Assembly (NCBI GenBank): GCA_973851085.1
Contig: OZ316775.1
Location: forward strand, 16,430,001 to 16,494,000
DNA length: 64,000 nt
Direction of reading: 5' to 3'
DNA from: Ptychomitrium polyphyllum
Taxonomy: Eukaryota
Positions within the stretch are counted from its first letter, which is position 1, and every line of letters begins with the position of its first letter. Positions 1 to 12,089 of the stretch are shown here, one piece after another. The notes beneath the pieces were generated by a model, which was not told where the DNA came from, did not search any database, and saw nothing but the letters and a program-made list of their open reading frames with translations. Both the position numbers and the translations under genes were made by a program.

Positions 1-369
1 TTTATGGATGTATTTTGTGATACATATTGTAATTGAAAGAGAATGTCTATTTATTTTAAAAAGTAGAATGTGTGTTATTTTCCTTTTTAAGTTTAGTATC
101 CATAACCATAGTATTTTTCTTTTAACGATTTAAAAAAAATCCTTTTTAAAAATATCCCAAAACATCCTTAGTTTTAATTCATACCTATTGAATCCTTTTT
201 GTAAAAACCATAAGAAAGTTTTAATGAATTGAACATACCATTAAAATCTCTAATTTTATTGCATAAAGTAAATACGATACTTCATTAAAAGAAAAAGAAA
301 AATCTGAAATTATTATGTTTATAATAAAAATTTATGTCATGAAAATTAAAATTTTGCAAGTTTGACTAC

Positions 370-480
370 AATATTGGCATTATTACCTATGTGTCACCAG
401 AATTTCAGCCCTTCTCCATTTAAATACTGGCATTATTAGCTGTGTGTCACCAAAATTTCAGCCCTTCTCCATTTAAATAC
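370..480. repeat. Diverged 2-copy tandem duplication, period 53 bp
   Basis: TGGCATTATTA(C/G)CT(A/G)TGTGTCACCA(G/A)AATTTCAGCCCTTCTCCATTTAAATAC starts at 375 and again at 428, with a few substitutions. Confidence 0.85.
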
Positions 481-3400
481 AAACAACAAGAAAATTAGAA
501 TTAAAACAACCCACATGTAGACTTCTTTAGTTAACCAAGCACATTTTTATTGCTTTTATCATTCATAGATCAAGTAGGATTGTCAAAATCTATCTTATTT
601 TCTTTTAATTTGATAGAGCCATTTTGGCTTCAAAGTCATGATATGTGCCACTGAGCTGTAACAAAGTAAGCATATTTTGTCTCTCTCTGGATATCATACA
701 TGGAATTCAGAACCATTTTCAAAGGAATTGCTATCCAAGATGTCAAACCTGAGGTGTAACAGAAGGCTTCCAAGAATGTTATGTAGGTTGGAGCCCGTGG
801 GCGACTTATTTACAAGCTGATACAGAAAATAAAGGTACAGAGGTGCAGAAGTTGCTGTCCTGGTCATGCATGAAGGAGTGGCTCAACAGAACAGGTAAGG
901 CATGGATGATGCCAATGCAACCGGAGGGTCACTATGCATGGAAGCTGCAGGCCTTGCTTGCTAATAGTGACTTGCAGGTCTAGAATCCTCAACAGAGGGA
1001 CCACTTCACTCCCATGCCAAACATTTGGTTCTGGCTTTTTAAGTTTTCCTGGAGCACGATCTGTAGTAACTTACCCTCTTCACCTACCAATTGGCTTCCT
1101 TCTTCCCCAGAAAGTTCTTGCAAGGGGTATAAGCTAACCCTCTTGATGTGGCATACCTTGCTGGAGTTTCACATGCAGGTAGTTGGCACAGAATGTGTAG
1201 GGTGAAGTACTTTCTCTTATTGATTCCCACAAATAAGTGTGCCTTGAGGATCTAGCCTGAATGCATGCTTGTTTGTGGAAATGGACAAGGCGAAGTGCTC
1301 CACTTGACTTAATGAATGAGGATTGAGCAACAAGTGGCATTGTATGGTTGGATTACACTGTTACATTAAGTTGTGCATGTTGTAATTAGCATATTACACT
1401 CGGTAAAGTTATGGCTAGTAAACCTCATCTTTTTTCTATGTGCCACAAAATTTGGAGTTGATACACCTATAAATATTCAAAAGGTATGGACCAGATCCTA
1501 GATAAGTTACAATGGATGACTCTTATACTTTTGATGAAGTCTGAACCAAAAAAGAAAATGTAATGATGTGAAAAAATTCTTTGTTTGATCAAACTTTCAA
1601 AAAATGGCTTGGGCCTCCATGGAATAAATGTAAAAGCATTATCTTTAAACATTCACCAAAATTACAAATTTCATTTTTAATAGTTGAATTTTGAACCAAT
1701 TGGCTGAGATCATATATTGTGTTATAAAAAATAAAAATAAAACTTATGAATGACAAAAAAAAATTCAACTTTTTGAGGTAGTTAGTTTTATAATACAATG
1801 ATAACTATGAAACGTTCTAGTTTGAAAAATTCCTTTAGGTAGTGTTTGACATGAATCAATTTGACATGCTTCAAGCTGGGTTAAATAATTGACTGCATTT
1901 CCTATCAAAGTGGCTTTTTATTTCTGAAAAAGCATATTAAAATCTAGCATGCCAAATCTAGCATGATTTTACATAGCACAATGAAAAGTTCCATGCTTGG
2001 TAATGACAGATGCTGATTTCAGAGAATGTTGAGAACTAGGTGTAAGAAGTTCCATCCCACTTTCATTTGCAACAGCTGTTCAACTGGAGCATTATCTTAC
2101 TGGCATTAGTGTAAGTTTTTTCAGAAGTGTTCATAATATTTTTGAGAAATCTTCTTCGAACATCAATTTCACTGTTTAGAATTTCAAACTAGTGGGGGAT
2201 CGCGTGACTTAACTTTGTCAGCATCCATTTGGCTATACTGTCTTTAAAACAGATGTCGCACAACATTGCATTAGAAAAATTGTATTTCAGGGAACATTTG
2301 TTTTGTTGATATCTTTTTATTGAATAAACTCGAATAGCCTTCTCAGAAAAAGTCCAAGCCCAAGTAACCTAGCATTCACCACTAATACCAAAACGTAGTA
2401 ATTTTATTTTTTATTCACACGGAATCTATAATTGAAAATACCACCAAGTATGTAAGGTACGCACAATTTAGAACATTGGATGACAAAACTTCATCTCATG
2501 CATAAGCATCCTAATATATGGGGTTTGAATAGTGCCATCAAAATTTATGGAATTAGAGGGAGTTATGAAAATATGATAGATTTAGAGTTAGCTCCATTCA
2601 ATTTTATAAATTTCAATAACATCCTTCAAATTCCATACAATAGCATATTTGCAAGAAACATAATTTGATCATTTGTTACCAAAGTCTAGAATTTGTTGTG
2701 CATGATTTTTGTGATTTTCAATAAGGTTCCAATGGTATTATTTTAAAATATTGATTATATATACTATATTTCTTAAATTATTTACATTTTGGTATGTACA
2801 ATAAAGATAGTTTAAGATGGAAAAGTTCCAAGACAAGCCTATAAACAAAGCATTAAAAACATTGCTTTAAAATGATGCATCATCTTTTTTAATTCAACCA
2901 AAAAACCCTATTTCAAATTTCAATTTTAACTTGTTGTTTCAAAGAAAATTGTATTCTTGGTTCAATTTTTATATAAAGCGGTTCAAAAAATATATATATA
3001 TCATTTTAATAGCAATAAAATAATTGATGGCTTCAAAGAATAATCTTAATAAACTTAATTTTAGATGTTAAAATATGACTTATTAAAAACATGGTTTTAA
3101 TCTAAGACTATATGTACTCAAAAAAATCAAATATAATATATTATGTAATCTTTAGAGTTCCAACAAGTTTTAAAAAACAAGATGGTGTAATTAGTGTAGG
3201 TGGAAGAACATCTTAAGGCAAGATAGTTTTGGATCTATTGGAAGAAGCAATGAGTGAAGAGTATACTAACAATCATATTTAATATTACTAATTTTAAATA
3301 TGTATTTATGATATTAAATACAAACCACCAATTAGCATCACCAATACTGAATTCCTAAATCAAGCTTCTACCTTAAAACAAGTTTGAAATGATAGATTGT

Positions 3401-6074
3401 TCATTAATAGAATCATCCAGATAGTGTTTTCTCATTAAAAAAAATGCCACATGACACTCAATATCATTAATAGTATGGTCTCTTGTCAGCCCAAGGATGA
3501 TTGATTTTTATGAGAAGGGAGGTGGTGATGGTAGAGGAGTAGCAGAGATTTGAGGACTAGCCTGTCTCTGAAGACATGTTGAGAGAGGAGAAGGGCAGAT
3601 GGAATAGTGAGTAACATCAAGACCTGTTGTGTGCATTGTTGTATGATACTCTCCTCTCCTTGGAGGGGATCCCAAAAGTGTTTTAGCTAGTTTTAGAGCA
3701 CAATAATGTGCATAAGGAGTTACAAGTGGTGGTCAAACAGGTCTGACTGCTTTGGAGCACATTGTGTTACATTGTATTTGCGTAGTTGGTTTCAAATTGT
3801 GCTCTTTGGAGGGTTAAAATACTGAATCCATTGTGCTGGTAGAATGTCAATTGTTCCTCAGCCATATTAGCATGACTGGACTAAACAACAAAACTGTTGG
3901 CACTTGGCTGACACAGCTATGAGCACGGAGCAAGGCCTAGGGGCATACTACACTGCACCATATTTGGCCAGAGACAATTGTCCTCACTTTCATAGGCAGG
4001 AGCTAATTTCATGTTTTCCTTAAATGGCTAAGTTTTTGGCCAATCATACCAGAAACTGTTGTTCTTGTTGTTCTTGTCACATAATGACATATGGGCCACG
4101 TAGACCTTCCATTTTAAATTCCAAGTCTAAGAAATATGGCCAATTCATCATTGCCCTTCCTGGAACAACCTATGAGTATTTTTCATTTCCTCAAAAATTC
4201 TTTATTTATCTCTACTGTGGTGATTAAAGATATCTCCACTTTAAGCATCCAAAATATACCTACATATGTAGAAATTATTTGAAGCCGCTTGAATACCTTA
4301 AATCCCCATTTCTATAAGATATCCAAGATTCAAAGAATTATATTTTCTCAACCTTTTACGAATACTTTAATGAATCGTTATTGTCAAAAACTATATAGCT
4401 CTAAAAACCAACATCTACAACTTTAGAGGATTCAATAGCCTAGCATGTAGATTTCGCTGAAGATTTAACAGATGTTCGAACAGGGTACATGTTGATTATA
4501 TGTACTCCTACGTTAGAGACCTGATGTTCACCTGACACCATTTTTACAGCCCTGGTATATTAAGCAGCCCCGTTCGTTGGAATATTTGATAGTTTATAGG
4601 TTGGTAGCTTGCATCATTGTGTTGGAAGGAAATTGAAGAAGCTAGACGAGTCCAGTAGCAGCGATGTCTGAGCAGTAGGCGCCACCACTTCTGCGGTTCG
4701 TTCCTTCAGGATTGGAACTGTTGGTTGATACTTGACGCCGTGGCAGTGTTTCATGTCTCAGGTGTTGCAGCGGCGTCTTCTTGTTGGCGCACCTCTTCGT
4801 GCATCTGATTACTGCGTCTAGTTCCAGGTAAAGGTTCTGAAGAATATATTGTTTGCACTGAGAGATTGTTGTTTTTGTCGTGATGATGTAGTAGTATTTT
4901 AGTTCGTGCGGAGAGATTGGTGATGAGAATCGAAGATTTGAGGTGGAACCTCCGTTTGAGGCGCAGGAGGGAAGCAGCACGCGAATGTCGCTTCGCTGAG
5001 GAGTAGATGACCACGCTGCTGATGGTTGAACCTGTTTTTGTTCAAGCGATTGTGAAGTTTGTTGTTCTCTTCAGATTGTCTCCCCTCTTTATTTTCGGAT
5101 AAGATCCATCACTCTGACTTCCAGCATATTGCTATTGTTTGTGTTGTTTTTAGCAGTAATTCAGAGTCGCAGAAAATTTTCTGGACGACTATTCGTAGGC
5201 TAGCTCTCGAGGCTGAATGCTTGGGTGCCTAAAGAAATGGGAAAGAATAGGTATTTTTTCTTTCTCTTTCTTTGAAGGAAAACCCTCTACCTTCCTTGTG
5301 ATAAGGATGGTCTTGAAAGATTTTCGAGTTGGTCTGCCTTGAAGGGGATACTCACAAGTGACACATTCTTTGGAATATGGAGGTTTTCAAACAAAAGAGA
5401 GGACCCGATTAATGTTTAGAAGTATCAGCAGATAACAGTCTGAAGCTTGTAGCTTTGCTGCTAGCCCCTCGGATGCGCATGGTGTAAACCTGTGAAGATG
5501 ATGTTTCTGAAGAAACAGTAGTGCAGGAGTATTGGTAATTGCGTATTTGCTGGACAAATGCAGAAACTTTGGAAACTAATGGTCACCAATTTCCTCTACC
5601 CAGTCCCACTCGTTCCCATGCCAGCTTATCCTTCCACACTCTCATACAACCAGACCCGATGCTGCCAAAACCACCCAATTTAGCCAGAAAATTTTCAGTT
5701 CTCCCTAGTGTCCAAACAAGAGCAGTCAATCTCATGGAATAAGTGATCGGCAGCTTCTGCCTGGTCGTACGTAGTCTTAAACCAATCTGGGCACAGTATA
5801 GGATACGTGGTTGTTCGAAAATTAACCGAAGATCCTTCAGTCACATATATACTTGTATAGCAAACAGCCCTACGTAGATCATACAATTGTACTATTGAAG
5901 TGTATAAACCAGTAGCTTGTTGCATTCTATAAAGTTGTAACTTTCTTTGAGACGAAATTTAGCTCCAGGTGAAGAAGGCTATCTGAGAGGTTCTTGGCTC
6001 TACAATTGGAAAGCAAGCAATTCGACTTCAGGAGACTTTATCAGGCGTGACTTTCATTGTGCGATTGCACAGAA

Positions 6075-9000
6075 ATGGTGATCATGGCGGCCTCTGGAGG
6101 GCCAGTCACCCAACTTCAACTGCCACCAGGGTTCCGGTTTCATCCCACTGACGAAGAGCTGGTGCTTCATTACCTGTGTCGGAAGGCCGAGTCTCAGGTC
6201 TTTGCAATTCCAGTTATTGCCGAGATTGACCTTTACAAGTTCGACCCTTGGGACCTTCCTGGTACATGAACCCAGCTATCTCAGAACCAAGTACTAATTC
6301 TTGTTTTCTCTACATGAAGGCAGTAATGAAATCAAAGTGTCATTTGTTTGATATCTTTCATTTGACTAAGTCAGCATTGATGTTGTAGAGGTTGGTTCCG
6401 ATTAACTATTAAAGTTTCTTGCAAGAAGAATTTAGATTTGTAATCCATCTAAGAATTGTGTCAATGCAAGGATGCAGCTAATGGAAATGTTTTTGTCTTT
6501 GGATGCTATTTTATTTACTTTTTTCATTCTATGTATGATGTTATGTACTGATTCAAAACACTGATACATTCGAAATTAAAGCATAAGCTCTGACATGAAA
6601 CACAATTTTAGTATCTGTAACATGTACTAAAGCTGGAGTAATGTGGATTGTTTCTCAGGAAAGGCCATTTTCGGGGAGAGAGAATGGTACTTTTTCAGTC
6701 CCAGAGACAGGAAGTATCCAAATGGAGCTAGACCGAACCGAGCAGCCGCCTCAGGCTACTGGAAAGCAACCGGGACGGACAAGCCAATTCACACATCCGT
6801 TGGAGGGATCAGGAAGATAGGAGTGAAGAAGGCACTTGTGTTTTACAAAGGCCGGGCACCCAAAGGTGTGAAGACCAACTGGATTATGCACGAGTATCGG
6901 TTGGCAGAGGGTGTGTGTGCTTCTGTACAGAATCATAAAAAAGGCTCCCTTCGGGTGCGTTATTTTCTCTCCTTCTTTCCATCAATTTTTCATGCCTATG
7001 ATTTTGAAACACTGAATATTGCAAGATGGTCTGTCAGTGTTGTGCAAAGCATAGCATATTATAAAGCTAAGTTTGGCGCAAATACTATTCCTTTGTTACT
7101 GAGTTAGAAATCTGATCCTTTCACTTGTAGATCATGTGTCCAAGATTATTTGATGACAAGACCCATTTGACATTGAGGCAGTTGTTTGGACTTTTCTGTC
7201 TTTCTGGTTCTGAATTTAAGTTTCGTATAAATGGAAACAAATATTTTTTGCTGCTAGTTTAATTATGATAGGTCTCCAAGTTGGTTACCTCACCATTTGG
7301 ACTGACTGTGTCATCTGAAGACTTGAGAACACTTCCTTGTAATACACATCTTAACAGTCGTTGACTAGTCGCACTCAGCTTTGGCTTTGTATGCATCATT
7401 TATTAGGTCATGTTCATTAACCGTGATCATATATGCACTACCAGCGTGTGCGTGTCACCTGTTCAGACAAGGAATGGACTGTTTTATTGCCATTTGTATT
7501 CAACGCCGTGAGAGTCCTTGACAGAGTCTCCCCTCTGTAATTACCAGTTCTGACTTGTGTTGTTGAACGACTCGTGATCATTCTACAAAGTGAAACATGC
7601 TGCTTGTAATAGTTCTGAGTTCAATAATACATCGATACTAAATAACTCTGCTTTGCACTAGAAGTCTTAGACATGCGAACAAGCTCATGATAATACCAAA
7701 CTAGGTGAAGCATGATATATGTGAGTCTGATAAACCATTGTCTTCGTAGTGAAGGCAGTTTTGATCTTTCTGTGCCCCTTGTACTTATCATTTGGAGGTT
7801 AAATATTTGTTGCTGATGATGATTCTATAACGTGTGTGTGCGCGCGTGTGCATGCGCGCGCTGACAGTTAGATGATTGGGTCCTGTGCCGGATTTACAAA
7901 AAGAGTACAAATGCACAGCGGACGGGCAAGGAGCGTGACAGTTCATCCTGCGTTGAAGAGGTACAATCATTCATCTTAGTCAACAACGCTCAAATTCTGC
8001 TTCATTTTCTCCCCTTTCGAAGCTTCTTGTAAATTGAAGAGTGCCTTCAGAGCATGAGTATCAACGTTAATCCTGCTGTACATGAAAGAAAAGGGCAGTC
8101 TTGAAAGAGATTAGAAATTTTCACTGTCTGATATTACTTGCATGCTTCCCCATTTTCTACTGCATGTCTCCTGTATTGATTGAAGCAAGCATTGCATATT
8201 TTTCCAATTTCTCTGTCTTCATGAAGCCGATTCTGCCTCATTTGCCTCATAAAAACCATTGGGAGAAACTTGTAGTAACTTCAAATTGAAAGACTCGAAT
8301 CTGTAGAATGAGTCCACTTGATGAGGCAGTATAGTCTGTGGGTCATCTATATTGGTTCCCTAAAAAGGAGCAAAATTTTGGTCAGTCTGTTTTTTTCATC
8401 ATGGCTGGGCACTTCAAAGGTCAGAGTGTTAGGGGACTTGTGAATGATGTGGTTTCTATAGAGCATGTGACACAACATCATCACCCAAAATTTACGTGCA
8501 TGTTGCACCCACACAATGCACATGGGTTTCAAGTGGTCCCGTATTTCCAGGAGGTCATGTTATATTCCTGCTGTGCACACAGACTGTGCCTGGTGCCTTT
8601 CATTAAACCATGTCATGGTCATTATGCTTCTAAGCTGACATGTGGTCCCAAAGTGCTAGCATGATGTGAATTTTATTATTTATTTCTGAAACAAAATTCC
8701 ATATGATGTAAACTTGCATTCTTAAACATTCCAAATTCACAATGAGAATAATACTGGTTTCGTCAGTATCAAGGTCAGTAAGTTTCTGGTGAAATTCTAA
8801 CATGTTAAAATGCTGTTGGGATTATGGGCACAGGTACTTGCTTCCTTGCCTGAGATTGACGACCCGAAGCTGGTCCTCCCTCGCCTCGGCTCCTACCCTG
8901 GCTTTCCTGAACCAGAAGATAATTTTGTCGACGGTTTATTATCTGGAGAGAGAAACTCTGTCGAAGTGGAATCCTCCCCCGACTTCAAGCCTAAAGGCAT

Positions 9001-9574
9001 TCTCACTTCGTCCAAGCTAATGGAAGGCCTTCAGAGGGGAATGCAGCTCCATCCAGGCTCTGTAACCCACAACCTGCCCTTCCCAAAGCTGCCGTCCGGG
9101 TGGAAGATGTCCCGACCACTGGACGGCGTCTTCGACCTCCACCAGTATGACAAGTTCAACCGTCAGTTGCTGGAGCTCAGTCCTTCCTCCCAGAGACCTA
9201 CAACTCTCACCTTGCGGCCGGCTTCCGAGAGCGCCATGCGCCAAGTGGAGAATGTATTTATGCCGCTCCGACCATCGGTCGCCGGCTTCACAACGAACTC
9301 CCCGGTCTCCGGTGAGGAGGTGCAGAGCCAGTTCCGGTCAGCTCAGAGTCAGGGCCAATTCTCTGGGGCGGGTGGTCATAATGAAGGCCTGGAGTCCATC
9401 TTCTCCTTCAACTATGACCAGCCACGGTCCACAATCAATGCTCTACTTCCTGTGCCATCCACTTCCTCTGGGGGTCCTAATACCGAGCTGGGATTCTTAG
9501 GTGGCTTGAGCTCCCCTCAGTACACTAGAGCTCGCACGAGCCCAAGTTATGGTTATAATCCCACTTCGGCATGA
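6075..9574 (+). CDS. NAC-domain transcription factor, ATAF/stress-NAC type; exons 6075(or 6084)-6261, 6659-6954, 7868-7960, 8834-9574
   Basis: [75 protein letters not shown] 93-nt exon missing from the ORF track encodes [16 protein letters not shown]-like [12 protein letters not shown] and EEVQS motifs are present. GT-AG junctions keep frame. Confidence 0.95.
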
Positions 9575-10287
9575 TTGAGTGGGTAATTACTAAGCGTAAG
9601 CCGCAAGCTGCCATGACGTGCACTCATCTGGTTGAAGTAAGTGCATAGAACAGATTGGAGTGATGGGCTTCAATTAGCAATGTAACAATTTGGCTATAGC
9701 CAGTTGCTTTGAGGGACAGAAGGCTGCAAATTCAACCTCTAGGGGTGCCCAGGTCATATAGCAACACACATGTTGATATTGAAGTATATATAGTAACCAC
9801 AGAAGATTCAGAGATTTAATGTCTTGATAGTACAGAGAGTGGCAACAAGTTTCAATTTCGGAGTGGTCAAGCCGGAAAATACTTCTTGACTGGTTGTTGA
9901 TATTGTGAATGTGTAAAAGACAAAGTTCCTGATTATAGGTATTGTGAACATATAGAAGAGAATGATTTGTATAGAATTTTTAGGTACTCTAGAAGGTAGT
10001 AAGGTGTCAAAGTTTGAACCGAGTGTCACTATAAGATGGCCCTTGTGTCTGTAAACTTGGAAGTTGTTCTGTGTAATTCCAAGTTGGATAACATAATAAA
10101 CAAGAGCCGTTAATCAACCAGGTGTAGAAACTTTCACTGCCGTAGCTTTAAATTTGTTACATGCAACAATGCTGTTGGCAGCCAAATACAGTTCTGTACA
10201 CCCAATTCTATCAAAGATGGAACTGATAAGGTGTTTGAATACCTCAAAGATGTCGAAATGTATTATTGCCTAAACATATCCCTTTCA

Positions 10288-12089
10288 TTACAAGTAGGAC
10301 TTCATCCGAGCCCTTGGCAGAGACTGCCCTCCATCGGCAATAAAAACATTGGACGTGCTGTAGCGGCCATTGTCACTGGCAAGAAAAGCTATCAGAGCTT
10401 CGAGGTCACGCACGGGATGGGTCCATCTGTGCAACGGCATTTTCCTCGCAGCCTCCCGCATCTGTTGCTCACTGCTCGAAACCAGCAACGGATCTATCTT
10501 AGACAACCCCCTCGCAACTGCTGCCACCATAATTCCATATTTTCCCAGCTCCATTCCCATGTACTGTACACCAGCACCCAGTACCAACACCAACGCCAAC
10601 ATTAACATCAGCATCAACATTATCTAGAGCTTAACAGTAGAATTATGGTCCGGATACAAAGCATAAGGATAAACTGTAAACCAAGAAAATGAAACAAATT
10701 GGCACCAAAATTAATTTAGCATCACCTTAGTTAACTGATGAAGGCCAGCTATAGCCGTCCCGTGCACAGAGACTCCTGGATAAAACCCTCTGTCAAGACC
10801 CGAAATGTAGGAGACAAAAAGTATAGAGCCCAGCTTCTCTGATATTTTCATACGTTGTGCAACCGCTCTCGCCACCAGCCAAGGTGCCTTGAGGTTCACT
10901 GTCAAGGTTTCGTCCCAGTCTGATTCAGTGTGATCCAGTGGGGACTTAAGAGCACCTTCAAGAGCAGATGAAAATGATCAGGCTTCTACTTCCTCAACAA
11001 ATGACTTTTCAATTCCCACACACATAAGCTGATTACTGAACCATGGAGCGGGTTTTTCTAATGCGATTTCAAGCGGACAGTGCTTCAAGCACCGGCACAT
11101 GGAATGATTTTTGAACCACTCGAAGGATGTGTTTGCAAGAGCGTACACCTACAACATTGTATTTCAGAACTTATACAACGTTCTGACACGTATTAACAAA
11201 ATTACCTGGAACAGCGGAGCAATATAGTAGGACATCGACTGTTCCAAAGATGCCCCATGCTTGCCCCACTGCTGCATTAATGCTAGGTTCCCCTCCTCTT
11301 ACGTCCAACTCCACTTCTCCCACCGCCTGTGACAAAACACACATTCTCAGCATCAGCAAGGCACTGGAAGTGTTTAGCGTTTCGAGGCATCTAAAGCAAT
11401 CCGAAGTAGAAAAGACACATCTGTATCAGTATCTGATATTCTGTGTTGATGTATACTATTTAGATGTCTACATAACCGCCTTCATAATCTGTTCACGTTC
11501 AAAAGTTCTCCAATTCCTACAAGAACTGCCGCAACCAAAATAGTGTCCAGCAATATCTAGGACTTAGGGTTCAACATAGCGAATTGTGAAAAAGTTATCC
11601 TTAAATGCATTAATGTGGACTTAGAGTCTTCCATAATTCCATGTGTCGGATTTAAATTCCACCGTTTTTATACACCAGGCAAAAAGAAATCTGGTTGAGA
11701 GAATAATCTAGAAGAACGTCAACCCAACTAAAGTCACATGCGGAACCAAACTATGAAATTTAGGTGCGAAAACTTCTCTAAACACCCTCATCACCAAGCA
11801 TTCGGTGGGACGAATATAAATTAGCTACCTCCCAGATCACAAGAACAATCGAGAAGAACAATTATGATAACGTCAGAGAACGATATTTTACCTCCGCACC
11901 ACGACCGAGGGCTTTGACGTTCGAGGAAGCTATCTGAATTTGAGACGATCTTCCAGCGAGCACAATTCGGCAACCGAGTTTAGCGAGGGAAGTTGCCAGT
12001 TCGTAACCCAAGTCTTGCGCAACACTCACCACAAGCACCACCCTCCCCTCCAGTGAAGAACCTAATCGCCCTACTTTCGTATCGGCCAT
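10288..12089 (-). CDS. Atypical short-chain dehydrogenase/reductase (Rossmann fold) with C-terminal PTS1-like SYL; exons 12089-11892, 11326-11206, 10955-10726, 10563-10288
   Basis: LEGRVVLV..LGYELATSLAKLGCRIVLAGR, FGTVDVLL, WDETLTVNLKAPW, GSILFVS, MELGKYGI, FLASD..Y.T.NVFIADGG, ending LPRARMKSYL*. Splice sites are in frame. Confidence 0.88.

Noticed and set aside
4642..5014. Minus-strand ORFs of 112 and 87 aa
   Set aside because: No recognisable motifs and non-ATG starts; composition fits the antisense of a plus-strand 5' leader
10564..10620. Signal-peptide-like MLMLMLMLALVLVLG at the start of ORF 10288-10620
   Set aside because: It is translation of a hexamer repeat in the last SDR intron; the exon starts after the CAG acceptor at 10563
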